This document shows, piece after piece, positions 9,794 to 20,310 of a stretch of DNA of 64,000 nucleotides. Source of the DNA: an uncultured bacterium (GTDB taxonomy: Bacteria > Patescibacteriota > Minisyncoccia > Phycocordibacterales > PALSA-1337); assembly GCA_903839725.1 (NCBI GenBank), contig CAIMDG010000002.1, positions 241,117 to 305,116 on the forward strand, in the 5' to 3' direction. Each line of letters opens with the position of its first letter. The first letter of the stretch is position 1. The notes under the pieces were generated by a model. It was not told where the DNA came from and ran no database searches. It saw only the letters and a program-made list of their open reading frames with translations. The position numbers and the translations under genes were made by a program.

Positions 9794-10878
9794 AATGGAT
9801 TCTTGGCACCTCTAATCTCAAAGTGAACGTGTGAGCCAGTTGAGTTTCCGGTAGAGCCCATGAGAGCGATATTCTGACCCTGCTTCACATAGTCACCTGC
9901 ATGAACAATGTTCTTTGAAAGGTGAGCATACACAGTCTGAGTACCATTTGGATGAGCAATAATAATAAAATTACCATATCCTCCATGCCAACCAGAATTA
10001 AATGCACTTACTATGACAGTTCCTTCTGCTGCAGCATATATAGGAGTACCTATTGGTGCAGCAAGATCAATACCATTATATCCGTGCAGACCTTGAGTCT
10101 TTCTACCACCGACGATCGGACGAATATAATATCCTGAATATGATGGGCCATTTGTACCATGAGCAATATTACCTGAAGAAACGGTTTTTGAAGAAGGTGG
10201 CTGGACCTGAAGTTCAGCATCAGGAATAATAACTGTTTGACCAATAGCGAGAGGGGATGTGAGAGTCAAATCATTATACTGAAGGACTTCAGTAAGATCC
10301 GCTTTGTAGATAGAGACAATACCTTTAATAGTATCTCCCTTCTTTACCGTATAACTAATTCCTGACACAGGCAAAATAATAAGTGTCTGACCTGTCTTGA
10401 GTGGAGAAGATCGTGAAATACCTAAATCTGAGTTTGACCACACAATAGTATTTACTGAAACATCAAACATCTTCGCAATAGTCGATAAAGTATCGCCATC
10501 ACGAACTACATATATACTAACCTGAGTATTTACTGAATCATTTGCGATAATTGGATCCGTGATTGAAATATCAGCAACAAGAATTTGACTATCACTGACT
10601 GGAATACTATCTGATGACTTTTCAACAATTTGATCATGATTAACTGTTGCCTGGAGAAGGGCAATAGTCTGTGAATTGGGATATTGTATCAAAGGCTGTA
10701 CTTTTGCAGATGCTTCCTGACCTTCAAATATCGATGAAATGAAAGAAAAAAGACCGGCGTGTGCGGTCATTGGGTATAAAAAGGGGACAAGTACAGGAAT
10801 AATAAAAAGAACTGTTCCTGTCATAGAACGCTTGAATAGACGGCTATATTTGGTTGCGAGAATGGTCTTGAATTTCAT
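9790..10878 (-). CDS. LysM-repeat M23-family peptidase
   Basis: Two LysM repeats, HGYNGIDLAA, YAHL, HVHFE; start uncertain, placed at ATG 10878. Confidence 0.9.
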   Translation of the reverse strand: MKFKTILATKYSRLFKRSMTGTVLFIIPVLVPFLYPMTAHAGLFSFISSIFEGQEASAKVQPLIQYPNSQTIALLQATVNHDQIVEKSSDSIPVSDSQILVADISITDPIIANDSVNTQVSIYVVRDGDTLSTIAKMFDVSVNTIVWSNSDLGISRSSPLKTGQTLIILPVSGISYTVKKGDTIKGIVSIYKADLTEVLQYNDLTLTSPLAIGQTVIIPDAELQVQPPSSKTVSSGNIAHGTNGPSYSGYYIRPIVGGRKTQGLHGYNGIDLAAPIGTPIYAAAEGTVIVSAFNSGWHGGYGNFIIIAHPNGTQTVYAHLSKNIVHAGDYVKQGQNIALMGSTGNSTGSHVHFEIRGAKNPF

Positions 10879-11167
10879 AACAAAACTAGAGTTTTTGCAA
10901 ATCGTACATACTTCCTTTTTCGATACTCTAGGTAGGGCTCCCAATAAATTAAATGGCTCTGTAAAGCCATTATAATGGGTGCATCCCGAGGGGTGCTCTA
11001 CTAGCCTATCAAGCTCACAAACATTGTCAATCGGGGCTATACACAGCCACAAATAATGACTTACTGTCAATTTTTGTTGTAGCAAATTGAATGTTGCCCG
11101 TGAGTTAGAGTGAGGAGGTTGTTTGTGTGTTCCTGATTGAGATGACAACGGTTAATGGGTTGACTGT

Positions 11168-11298
11168 TGGAGCGAGGTGGCACATATACCCACATGAAAC
11201 AATTCCCAGCGGGATATCGTCCCATTACACTATTCTTTAGGCACTGACTTACTATCGTAACAGATGTTTCATGTGGGTATATGTGACACCTCGCTCCA
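11168..11298 (+). repeat. Hairpin element family A, copy A2
   Basis: 34-bp arms (33/34) at 11168-11201 / 11265-11298 around a 63-nt core. Confidence 0.92.
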
Positions 11299-11360
11299 TA
11301 TTAAGAATTAAAAACAACTTTTATTACTCTACACCGCAGGCACATGGTATGATGCTCTTC

Positions 11361-13298
11361 ATGTCCACACTCAATAATGAACAACAACGAGCCATTGAAA
11401 CAACCGATGGACCAGTCCTTATCATTGCCGGAGCAGGATCAGGCAAAACACGCGTCATCACTCATCGAATACAGAACCTCATCAGAAAAGGTGTCGCTCC
11501 GCACGCTATTCTTGCTATAACATTCACCAATAAAGCCGCGAAAGAGATGCGCGAGCGAGTTCATGCCCTACTTTCAGAAGATTCGGGCTTGAATAGACCA
11601 GTATCAATGAGTGACCGACCATTTGTGAGTACATTTCACGCACTTGGTGTTCACATTATCCGTGAAAATGCCGCACTTCTTGGGCTCACACGACATTTCA
11701 CTATATATGACCGATCTGATTCACGTCGTGCCATCAAAGATGCTATGGAAAAGTGTTCAGTTGATCCAAAACAGTTCGAACCGGGTACTGTATTGAATCT
11801 CATATCACGCGCAAAAGGAGATGGTAGAACATTTCTCGAATACAAAGATTTTGCAAAAGGGTATACCGAGGAAATAGTTGCTCAAGTGTGGGAAAAGTAT
11901 GATGCCATCTTGGCAAAAGAGAAATCTTTAGACTTCGACGACTTGCTCTTGAAGGCCGCACGACTTCTCGCTGAGAATAAAACAGTGCGTGCACACTATC
12001 ATAACGTATGGAAATACATTCACATCGATGAATATCAAGATACGAACCGCGTGCAGTATCAAATTGCTAAATTTCTTGTTAGCGAAAGTCAGAATATTTG
12101 CGTCGTAGGAGATGCTGATCAAAATATTTATAGTTGGCGTGGTGCTACAATCGAAAATATTCTCAATTTTGAAAAGGATTATCCTAACACAACAGTTATT
12201 ACACTCGAAAAAAATTATCGTTCAACAAAAACAATTCTTGCAGCGGCAAATAATGTTATTGAATTAAATACATTACGCAAAAAGAAGACACTGTACACGG
12301 ACAATGCCGATGGCGACAAAATAACTATGATCGCTTCATATACAGAACTCGATGAAGCCCGTTCGATCGCTGATACAGCACGGGAGATTATGGAGAAGGG
12401 TACATCTGCACGACAGATTGCTGTATTGTATCGAGCAAATTTCCAATCACGCGCAATTGAAGAGGCCTTCATCAAGAAAAATATTCCGTATCAACTCGTC
12501 GGTGTTCGATTCTTCGAGAGAAAAGAAATTAAAGACATACTTTCATATATTCGTGCTGCCTTGAACCCTGAAAGTACCACTGATCTAGCTCGCATCATCA
12601 ATGTTCCTGCGCGAGGAATAGGGAAGGTTACCATCGCAAAAATAGTAGCTGGACAAGAATCAACATTACCAAGTGCTACCCGTGAAAAAATAGCCCAGTT
12701 TAGGCGTATTCTGGCTGATATTCATGCGGAGTTGCTCAGCAAAAAACCATCTGAATCCGTGCGTTTTGTGATTCAGGAAACTGGAATAGAAAAACTACTT
12801 CGCAATGGTGACAGTGAGGATGAAGAGCGTTTACTTAACATACAAGAATTGGTTTCTGTAGCTGCACAATATGACCACCTCACTCCAGAAGAGGGTATCG
12901 AATCACTTCTTTCGAATGCTGCGCTCGCAAGTGATCAAGATGATCTCCAGAAAGATGAAGACGCAGTGAAACTCATGACGGTACACGCTTCGAAAGGTCT
13001 CGAATTCGAATACGTATTCATCGCAGGACTTGAACAGGATCTTTTTCCATTCAAGCACATGGATGAAGCAGAGGTGAGTCGCGCCGAAGAGGAAGAAGAG
13101 CGCAGATTGTTCTATGTGGCACTCACTCGTGCAAAGAAAAAAGTATATTTAAGCCATACGATTATACGTACAGTGTATGGAGCACAACGTGTGAACAATC
13201 CGTCTGAATTTATCGGCAATATAAACAAAGATTTAATTGACGAACCTTCATCGCCACAAAAACCAAGTGGGGCTAAGGCGTTATTTATTGATTTTTAG
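11361..13298 (+). CDS. pcrA: ATP-dependent DNA helicase UvrD/PcrA
   Basis: AGAGSGKT, DEYQD, VGDADQNIYSWRGA, MTVHASKGLEF, EEERRLFYVALTRAK. Confidence 0.95.
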   Translation: MSTLNNEQQRAIETTDGPVLIIAGAGSGKTRVITHRIQNLIRKGVAPHAILAITFTNKAAKEMRERVHALLSEDSGLNRPVSMSDRPFVSTFHALGVHIIRENAALLGLTRHFTIYDRSDSRRAIKDAMEKCSVDPKQFEPGTVLNLISRAKGDGRTFLEYKDFAKGYTEEIVAQVWEKYDAILAKEKSLDFDDLLLKAARLLAENKTVRAHYHNVWKYIHIDEYQDTNRVQYQIAKFLVSESQNICVVGDADQNIYSWRGATIENILNFEKDYPNTTVITLEKNYRSTKTILAAANNVIELNTLRKKKTLYTDNADGDKITMIASYTELDEARSIADTAREIMEKGTSARQIAVLYRANFQSRAIEEAFIKKNIPYQLVGVRFFERKEIKDILSYIRAALNPESTTDLARIINVPARGIGKVTIAKIVAGQESTLPSATREKIAQFRRILADIHAELLSKKPSESVRFVIQETGIEKLLRNGDSEDEERLLNIQELVSVAAQYDHLTPEEGIESLLSNAALASDQDDLQKDEDAVKLMTVHASKGLEFEYVFIAGLEQDLFPFKHMDEAEVSRAEEEEERRLFYVALTRAKKKVYLSHTIIRTVYGAQRVNNPSEFIGNINKDLIDEPSSPQKPSGAKALFIDF

Positions 13299-13308
13299 TT
13301 TAGTGGGT

Positions 13309-13427
13309 AAGCAAGCCCCACAACATGACTGCGGAGAGACACGGATATTTTTTTGCTGAAAAATTCCTAGTGCTCGCGCCAGTCGCGCTCGCAATGTCCC
13401 TATGTGGTAATGTTGTAGGGCTTGCTT
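13309..13427 (-). repeat. Hairpin element family B, copy B2
   Basis: 21-bp arms (19/21); core is the reverse complement of the B1 core. Confidence 0.85.
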
Positions 13428-13452
13428 TCGTTTCACTAATACGTAATTATCA

Positions 13453-14271
13453 ATGGTATCGATGGAATTATTTGCAAAAAAATCTTTGGGGCAGCATTTT
13501 TTGAATTCAACACATGTATTGGATCAGATTATTGAGGCTGCACACATACAAAAAGGGGAGACTGTTCTTGAAATCGGACCGGGGACAGGCGTCCTTACAA
13601 AAAGATTGCTTGAAACTGGAGCAAAGGTCGTCACTATTGAAAAAGATGTGCGAGCTGAAGAGGTTCTCCGATCAAAATTTGAGGAAGAATTGAAAAGTGG
13701 GCAACTTACGCCCATTCAAGGAGATGTTTTAAGCGAAAACGTATTAGATTCCTATTTAAATAAAGAAAAATTAGCAGCATACGCGCTTGTTGCTAATATT
13801 CCGTACTACATCACTGGTGCGATACTAGAAAAATTCCTCGAGCATGAACCCCGACCTGATCGTATGGTACTTTTGGTACAAAAAGAAGTCGCTGAAAGAA
13901 TCGTGGCTCGGGATGCCAAAGAAAGTATCCTTTCTATTTCGGTCAAAGCATTTGGTATGCCGAAACTTGTCGCAAAAGTACCTCGCGGAGCTTTTACACC
14001 ACCACCAACAGTTGATTCGGCAATTCTATCAATTGAAAATATCAATGATACACTCTTTACACAAAAAAACGTTGTGATATCAAGGTTTTTTGAGATAGTT
14101 CGAGCTGGGTTTGCCCATAAGAGAAAGTATGTTATCCGAAATTTGGAGGCTACTGCGACACAAGAATCGCTCAAAAAGGCTTGGGAATACACACAATTTG
14201 ATCCAAAAAAGCGAGCTGAAGATATCACGCCCGCTCAATGGATAGAAATAGCTAGTCAACTCGGAAAATAA
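13453..14271 (+). CDS. rsmA: 16S rRNA m6,2A dimethyltransferase
   Basis: AKKSLGQHFL, VLEIGPGTG, ANIPYYIT, PPPTVDSA. Confidence 0.96.
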   Translation: MVSMELFAKKSLGQHFLNSTHVLDQIIEAAHIQKGETVLEIGPGTGVLTKRLLETGAKVVTIEKDVRAEEVLRSKFEEELKSGQLTPIQGDVLSENVLDSYLNKEKLAAYALVANIPYYITGAILEKFLEHEPRPDRMVLLVQKEVAERIVARDAKESILSISVKAFGMPKLVAKVPRGAFTPPPTVDSAILSIENINDTLFTQKNVVISRFFEIVRAGFAHKRKYVIRNLEATATQESLKKAWEYTQFDPKKRAEDITPAQWIEIASQLGK

Positions 14272-14280
14272 GAAGATATC

Positions 14281-15348
14281 TTATGACGAACCGAGGAATG
14301 GAGTAATCCAACCTTCATTTGGATAAGGGATGCATGAATATCCTACGGTCATATAACACATTTGAGTACCTATTTGGTATTTGCCCAACAACTGAGTAGC
14401 TCCCAATGCGGAATATGTCATATACATCTGAGTACCCATTGTGTAAGAAAGTAACACAGGGAATGTTGGGGGAAGTGGACTCATATAAATCAACCATACA
14501 TCGCCACTACAGGTACAATACACTGTTGAAGAAATGAGAGGGGTTCCAAAATCTGTACCAGTTTGAGCTACAGCTGTATTTGGAGAAAAGAATGTTACTA
14601 ATTTTGTAAGAGAATCCTGCATAATACCTGCGACTCCGGTTGGTTTTGTATTTGCTTTAGCCATATTTTTCCTTGCGAGTTCAACAAATTTCTCACGCAT
14701 ATTGGTCGTAGTTGAAAGATCTTTGAGTACTTGATTCTTCAGGTCAGTAGACAATGGTGGTAGCCCTTGTTTTGCAGCGATAGCATTTGTTGCTGCAAAC
14801 ATTTCATCTACATGTGCCAAATTGGGATTTGTATAATCAATTGTAGAAGCTGAACCAGGTTGTGAAGGGGTGGTTTGTGGAACAAATGTGGTTTCATTTG
14901 GTAGGTCCTTAACCAATCCTTGCTGAGCAAGACTAGGGGCAACATAACTGCTCCCAGGTGTGCTTGTAGGTTGTAACAGAGCCGTTTTATTGGATCTATT
15001 GAGTACTTTTATGGTTGAAGGTCCAACATATCCCGTACCAGAAGAAAGACCGTTTGGTGTCAAAATATCATTTCTATACATTTCCTGGAAACGAATGACT
15101 GCTTGTTTCGTAAGTTGACCAAAATACATACTTTCTTGACCAGGCGATCCTATACCTGAGGCACTAATTTGTGTTTTGGAATCACTATTCAGAACTTTCT
15201 GTAATTCACGGACATCACTACCAGACATCCCTACCTGTAAAGAGCGAGTGAACTGAAAATTTGACGCGTTGGCATGTTGAGCATAGACACTAGCAACACT
15301 CACGACACACATGAGTAAAAAATATGAGAATCGATTTGATATATTCAT
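14281..15348 (-). CDS. Secreted peptidoglycan-binding protein with Cys-rich C-terminal domain
   Basis: Signal peptide; GMSGSDVRELQKVLN..YFGQLTKQAVIRFQ..TGYVGPST PG-binding domain. Confidence 0.8.
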   Translation of the reverse strand: MNISNRFSYFLLMCVVSVASVYAQHANASNFQFTRSLQVGMSGSDVRELQKVLNSDSKTQISASGIGSPGQESMYFGQLTKQAVIRFQEMYRNDILTPNGLSSGTGYVGPSTIKVLNRSNKTALLQPTSTPGSSYVAPSLAQQGLVKDLPNETTFVPQTTPSQPGSASTIDYTNPNLAHVDEMFAATNAIAAKQGLPPLSTDLKNQVLKDLSTTTNMREKFVELARKNMAKANTKPTGVAGIMQDSLTKLVTFFSPNTAVAQTGTDFGTPLISSTVYCTCSGDVWLIYMSPLPPTFPVLLSYTMGTQMYMTYSALGATQLLGKYQIGTQMCYMTVGYSCIPYPNEGWITPFLGSS

Positions 15349-15447
15349 GTCTGAATTGTATCACGCTCAATTCAAAAATAGCCTGAGGAATTGTCCCCAG
15401 ATTACAAGAGAATATATGGTTTGATTCTCTGATATAATTATCCGAGT

Positions 15448-16323
15448 ATGGCGTTATCCTACCCACACAGACAAACAATTATCATTGGAGTGATATGTCT
15501 TGTTGCAATTGCAGCTGTTGCCTTTTACACTCAACGAAATAAAGCAGAGACAAATGATGCATTAGGAGTCCAGGCATCAGCAAAAGAAAATACCCGAGAC
15601 GTAACTCTTACCGCAACATCAACAAACTGGCAAAAAGACTTTTTCACTGTATCTACAAGTACAAAATCAACACAAATTTCTAAGTCAGGAAATACCACAT
15701 CTCCTACTCTTACTGACACAGTAGGGAAGGATTTCTTTACTCGATTCATGGTACTCAAGCAAGCAGGTCAAACAACTGATCAAGAGTCAGTCAAGAACGC
15801 AATGGATCAAACGATTGCAAATGCCGCTGCATCAGCTGCACAACCAAAAATATATTCTCTCAGTAACATAAAAATTTCTACAGACACAAGTCTAGATGCT
15901 ATTCATATGTATGCAAACACTGTAGGTTCAACTCTTCTTACAAACATCTCAAGACAAGATCCAACAGAAATTGCCATGAATGCTCTCGACAGACAAAACA
16001 TGGATGAACTCAAAAATATTGACCCTATTATCTCTGGCTACCAAAAAGCAATCAGTGAACTACTTCTCGTAAACGTTCCGCAAGATTTGGCGTCAAGTCA
16101 TGTTGGTATTATTAATGGACTCAGTATATTGCTGTACGTATCTCAAGGATTACGCCGTATCCAAGAAGACTCGATGCAATCAATGGTTTCATTGGGATTA
16201 TATACGACTGGCCAAGATACACTTCGAGCTTCACTTCTCGATACACAAGCGTATCTTCAGGTAAAAAATGTTCCCGTACTTTCAACAGAACCAGGATATT
16301 TATTCCTCACCATAACAAAATAA
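15448..16323 (+). CDS. Hypothetical membrane-anchored protein
   Basis: N-terminal TM; first gene of the T4SS-like run. Confidence 0.75.
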   Translation: MALSYPHRQTIIIGVICLVAIAAVAFYTQRNKAETNDALGVQASAKENTRDVTLTATSTNWQKDFFTVSTSTKSTQISKSGNTTSPTLTDTVGKDFFTRFMVLKQAGQTTDQESVKNAMDQTIANAAASAAQPKIYSLSNIKISTDTSLDAIHMYANTVGSTLLTNISRQDPTEIAMNALDRQNMDELKNIDPIISGYQKAISELLLVNVPQDLASSHVGIINGLSILLYVSQGLRRIQEDSMQSMVSLGLYTTGQDTLRASLLDTQAYLQVKNVPVLSTEPGYLFLTITK

Positions 16324-16333
16324 TAGTATTACT

Positions 16334-17989
16334 ATGAAGACCTCATTCAAAAAATTTATTGCAACGATCTGTCTCATCAGTATCCTGGTTCCTTCTGTTG
16401 CATTTGTTTCATATCCGAAACCAGCAAATGCAATACTCGGGGTTCAGATTGGTACTGATTGGGATTTCAATAACATTATGGCGCACCTCAAGGATTTCGT
16501 CCTTGATAAACTCGCAGTTACGATCGCAAAACAAATCCTCCACCAACTTACCATGAGTGTCATCGACTGGATCAATGGCGGTTTCAATGGAAGTCCTTCA
16601 TTCCTCACCAACCCTCAATCATTCTTTCTTGATGCTGCAGACCAGGTAACTGGAGTATTCCTTGCATCAGAAACAACCCCTCTCAAAAACCTGTGTGGAA
16701 ACTTGGGAATAGACATCGGTTTGGCTCTCGCATATGGTCAAGTTGCACCGATAAATGCACGTTACAAATGTACACTCGGAAAGATATTTAGTAATGTTCA
16801 AAATCTTCCAAATAGAATAACTGTCCAAGGAAAAAGTCTAACCAAGTTCATGCAAGGGGACTTTTCTCAAGGTGGATGGAAAGGATTCTTGTCGCTTAGT
16901 CAAAATCCAAAAAATAATGCGACCGGAGCATATCTACGAGCACACGGGGATCTCTTAGAAGCTATTGGCATACGAAAAAATGCATTAAACAAAAAACTTG
17001 CTGATGGTAGCGGATTCCTTTCATGGGATTCATGTGAGACACTTGATGCATCTGAAGCAACAATATCACTAGGAGCATCGTCACCAAATGCTAGTTTTTC
17101 TGATCTGCAATCTAATGCTGTCCAAAATGCAAATGATAATGGGGGAGTGGGGCAAGCATCCATCGATACTGGGGATGGAACAAGTGTTCAGGCGAAACTG
17201 GATGCCAATGGAAATATGACCTATAAAGACTGTCACACGGAAACTCCAGGATCTCTCGTTTCTTCACAAATAGTAGGAGCCATGAATGTGCCCTCAGTAG
17301 AGCTTGAATTGGCAAATGATATCAATGCGGTTATCAATGCACTTATTACACAATTGATCACGCAACTCATGAGTGGAGGTCTCGGCGCTTTGAGCAAGTC
17401 TGGATCTGGAGGTGGATTGTCAGCAACTCGAAATGTCATCAGAGACCTCGAACAGAGACAGGCGCAAACAGCTGGCAGTGTAAATCTCACCGGTTCAAAT
17501 AACACTGTTGCAGCCATCAAGGCTCAGTACGACACGGCTGTAAGTCTTTTGAAGACAAGTAAAACAAACTATCAATCTGCTCGCAGTTGTTTTGCAAATA
17601 AGACAGGCTTGTCAGCAACACAACAAACGTATGCACTCAATCAAATCGCCCTTATCGATACCGCAATCAATACACGTGTAAATCCACTCTTAAATCAAAT
17701 GCTTCAAAAGCAGGCGGATCTTGCGTCCTCAATGCCTACACTGAATGTAAGTAGTACAACTGATGCACAAAATCTTGATGCACTACAGGGTCAGCTTGAT
17801 ACATTGCAAGGATCTATAGCAGGAAGCAATAGTTCGCAGGTATATCAAAGCGGTTCAAACACAACAAATACATCCTCGACAACCACCTCGGGTATTGCTG
17901 CTACTGATCTCCAGAATACGCGAACAAGCACAACACAGTTCAATGCCGAAGCTTCACAATTCTTAAACCTGTGCCTTAACCTCCGCTAA
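16334..17989 (+). CDS. Hypothetical secreted protein (T4SS-cluster associated)
   Basis: Signal peptide, WINGGFNGSPSFLTNP segment, several Cys. Confidence 0.75.
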   Translation: MKTSFKKFIATICLISILVPSVAFVSYPKPANAILGVQIGTDWDFNNIMAHLKDFVLDKLAVTIAKQILHQLTMSVIDWINGGFNGSPSFLTNPQSFFLDAADQVTGVFLASETTPLKNLCGNLGIDIGLALAYGQVAPINARYKCTLGKIFSNVQNLPNRITVQGKSLTKFMQGDFSQGGWKGFLSLSQNPKNNATGAYLRAHGDLLEAIGIRKNALNKKLADGSGFLSWDSCETLDASEATISLGASSPNASFSDLQSNAVQNANDNGGVGQASIDTGDGTSVQAKLDANGNMTYKDCHTETPGSLVSSQIVGAMNVPSVELELANDINAVINALITQLITQLMSGGLGALSKSGSGGGLSATRNVIRDLEQRQAQTAGSVNLTGSNNTVAAIKAQYDTAVSLLKTSKTNYQSARSCFANKTGLSATQQTYALNQIALIDTAINTRVNPLLNQMLQKQADLASSMPTLNVSSTTDAQNLDALQGQLDTLQGSIAGSNSSQVYQSGSNTTNTSSTTTSGIAATDLQNTRTSTTQFNAEASQFLNLCLNLR

Positions 17990-17997
17990 TATCTTTT

Positions 17998-20304
17998 ATG
18001 AACATGAAACGTTTTAATCGCTACATAATTCCAGTCAGTGCAATCGCTATTGTAGTGATACTCTTTTCAGTTCAATTTGCATTAGCGCAAGCTAACAATG
18101 CAAACTCAGGAGATAGTGGTACTAGTTTCCTCAAGTGGTTTGGACTCAATCTTCCACAGTTTATCGCCGAATCTCTCGCTCACTTATTCTTCACCCTGCA
18201 AACGATTTGTAGTTGGTTCATTGCTGTTGCTGGAGCATTGCTCAACTTTTCAATTAACCAAACCCTCAATATAAAGTCATTCGTTGAACATACTCCAGCT
18301 ATATATAGTGTATGGAGAGCCGTTCGCGACATCTCGGGCATGATCATTATCTTCTCACTGCTCTACGCTGCACTACGTTTGATACTGGGCTTTGATGCAA
18401 AGTTTGGGGATCTCATCAAAAATATCGTGATTGCTGGCCTACTCATAAACTTCAGTTTCTTTGTAACAGGAGTTGGAATAGACGCATCAAACGTTATATC
18501 GATACAACTGTACAATACGATTGCTCCAGCAAATAGTTTGAATCCTGCCAATATGAACCCAAGTAATATTGAACAGTCACTTGGTGATGGAGGTCTTTCA
18601 GACGTGTTCATGAGATCACTTAATGTAAGTAGTTTGTACGACAACAGTGCCAGCCTTTCTGCAACAGCAAAGAATGATGGTGGTGATTGGACTTTGCCTC
18701 TTTCTATCATCATTCGAGGAGTAACTTCGATTATCATCATGGTGACAGCGGCGCTCAGCTTCTTCTTCGCGGCCTTGGCATTCATGATTAGAATTGTTGT
18801 ATTAATCTTATTGCTCGGATTTTCACCAATTTGGTTTGCGTCCCACGTACTTCCTCAACTCAAAGAATACTCTTCAAAATGGACTGACCTCTACGTTGGG
18901 CAGCTTCTATTCATGCCGGTATATCTTCTTTTGATGTATTTTGCATTAAATGTTCTTACCACGAGTGATTATTTGCAAAATGTTGGACAACAGATATCTA
19001 CTGGTTCAATGTCAGATCAGGGTAAACTTATGGGTTTGGTGATAAACGCTATCTTCGTCATCATCATGATCAATATACCTCTTTTGGCAGCCGTCAAAAT
19101 AGGAGGTGCCACAACAAGTTGGATCAATACCAAGAAATATGGTGCGGAGGGAGTATCGAAGTGGATCGGTAGTCGCACTGGTAATTATGTAGGTAAAAAT
19201 ACAGTTGGTAAGGCTGCTTACGCCTTGAATGATAGTAAGGCTATGAAGAATTTTGCTGCATTCATGCCAGGTCTTGGCGGGGCAGTTTCGAAGGGATTGG
19301 GCAAGGCAGGTAATGCTGGGTTTGGCATGAAGAAGGGTGGATATGAAGATAGTCTCAAGGAAACAAAGAAGGAACAGGCGGCTATGTTCAAGAAGATTGG
19401 AAGTGTTGATAGAAGTAAATATGATTCAGAAGAAGCCTTCCAGAAGGCACAAGCTCAAGCAGGTGAATTCCAAAAACAATATGCGAAGAATGTTGAGTCG
19501 AGTATTCTGTCAACTCCAATACAGACTATTGCTGATAAGATCGGAAATGATAGAAGAAAAGCTGCAAGAATTGCTGAAGTTGATGCAAAGGGAATCGCTC
19601 ATTATGGTTCAGAGGAAGAATATCAAAATGCTCGAGCTGAAGCTGCAAAAGATGCGTGGTATGCAGCACCAAATGTTGGAAAGGTTCTTAGTTATATGTT
19701 TGACAGTAGGGCACACAAAGAAAGTGGCTTTACTTTGAACGAAGAGGCTAATATAAAACAAACTGAAGCAGATCACAAAGCAATAACCGAGCGAATAGAG
19801 GAAACGACTAAGAAAGAAACGGATGCACTGAATGCGGTTGTGGACAGAATCAAAGACAAAGATACTGCTATAGAAAAAGTTGAAGAGGAGATAGAGAAAT
19901 TTAACAGTAACCCAAGTCTAAATCCAATAGAGGAGGAACAGAAGAATAGAGCATTAAGGAATTTGGAAGATTTGAAGAGAGAGAAGCAAACAATAGAGGC
20001 GACGAAAGGAACAAAGGAAATGCTTCAAGATAGAATCAATCAATTTGGAGACTTCAAAGCATTAGCAAATGCTGGAAAGTTTGAGAAGCTTATGGCCACA
20101 ACAACAGTATTGACTGAAGCAGACAAGAAAAAAATATTTGAACTTGCAGTAAAAAGAATACCGCTCACAGGAACGATAGAACGTGTAAACAAGACAAAGG
20201 AAAAAGAGAGGGAAGGATCAATCCTTAGTGAATTCGCAAAGAAAGCAAAAGAAAGTGGCGGTGGAGGTAGTGAACCAAAAGAAGAAAAGCCAAAGACTAC
20301 ATAA
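17998..20304 (+). CDS. VirB6/TrbL-like polytopic membrane protein with long charged C-terminus
   Basis: Multiple TMs, W..VRDI, LINFSFF...IDASN, RIVVL...SP; cluster context. Confidence 0.7.
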   Translation: MNMKRFNRYIIPVSAIAIVVILFSVQFALAQANNANSGDSGTSFLKWFGLNLPQFIAESLAHLFFTLQTICSWFIAVAGALLNFSINQTLNIKSFVEHTPAIYSVWRAVRDISGMIIIFSLLYAALRLILGFDAKFGDLIKNIVIAGLLINFSFFVTGVGIDASNVISIQLYNTIAPANSLNPANMNPSNIEQSLGDGGLSDVFMRSLNVSSLYDNSASLSATAKNDGGDWTLPLSIIIRGVTSIIIMVTAALSFFFAALAFMIRIVVLILLLGFSPIWFASHVLPQLKEYSSKWTDLYVGQLLFMPVYLLLMYFALNVLTTSDYLQNVGQQISTGSMSDQGKLMGLVINAIFVIIMINIPLLAAVKIGGATTSWINTKKYGAEGVSKWIGSRTGNYVGKNTVGKAAYALNDSKAMKNFAAFMPGLGGAVSKGLGKAGNAGFGMKKGGYEDSLKETKKEQAAMFKKIGSVDRSKYDSEEAFQKAQAQAGEFQKQYAKNVESSILSTPIQTIADKIGNDRRKAARIAEVDAKGIAHYGSEEEYQNARAEAAKDAWYAAPNVGKVLSYMFDSRAHKESGFTLNEEANIKQTEADHKAITERIEETTKKETDALNAVVDRIKDKDTAIEKVEEEIEKFNSNPSLNPIEEEQKNRALRNLEDLKREKQTIEATKGTKEMLQDRINQFGDFKALANAGKFEKLMATTTVLTEADKKKIFELAVKRIPLTGTIERVNKTKEKEREGSILSEFAKKAKESGGGGSEPKEEKPKTT

Positions 20305-20310
20305 ATACCC

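Noticed and set aside
11057-11065. TGACTTACT matching the second variable window of A2 (guide-target idea)
   Set aside because: A single AT-rich 9-mer; no equivalent match seen for the other copies.
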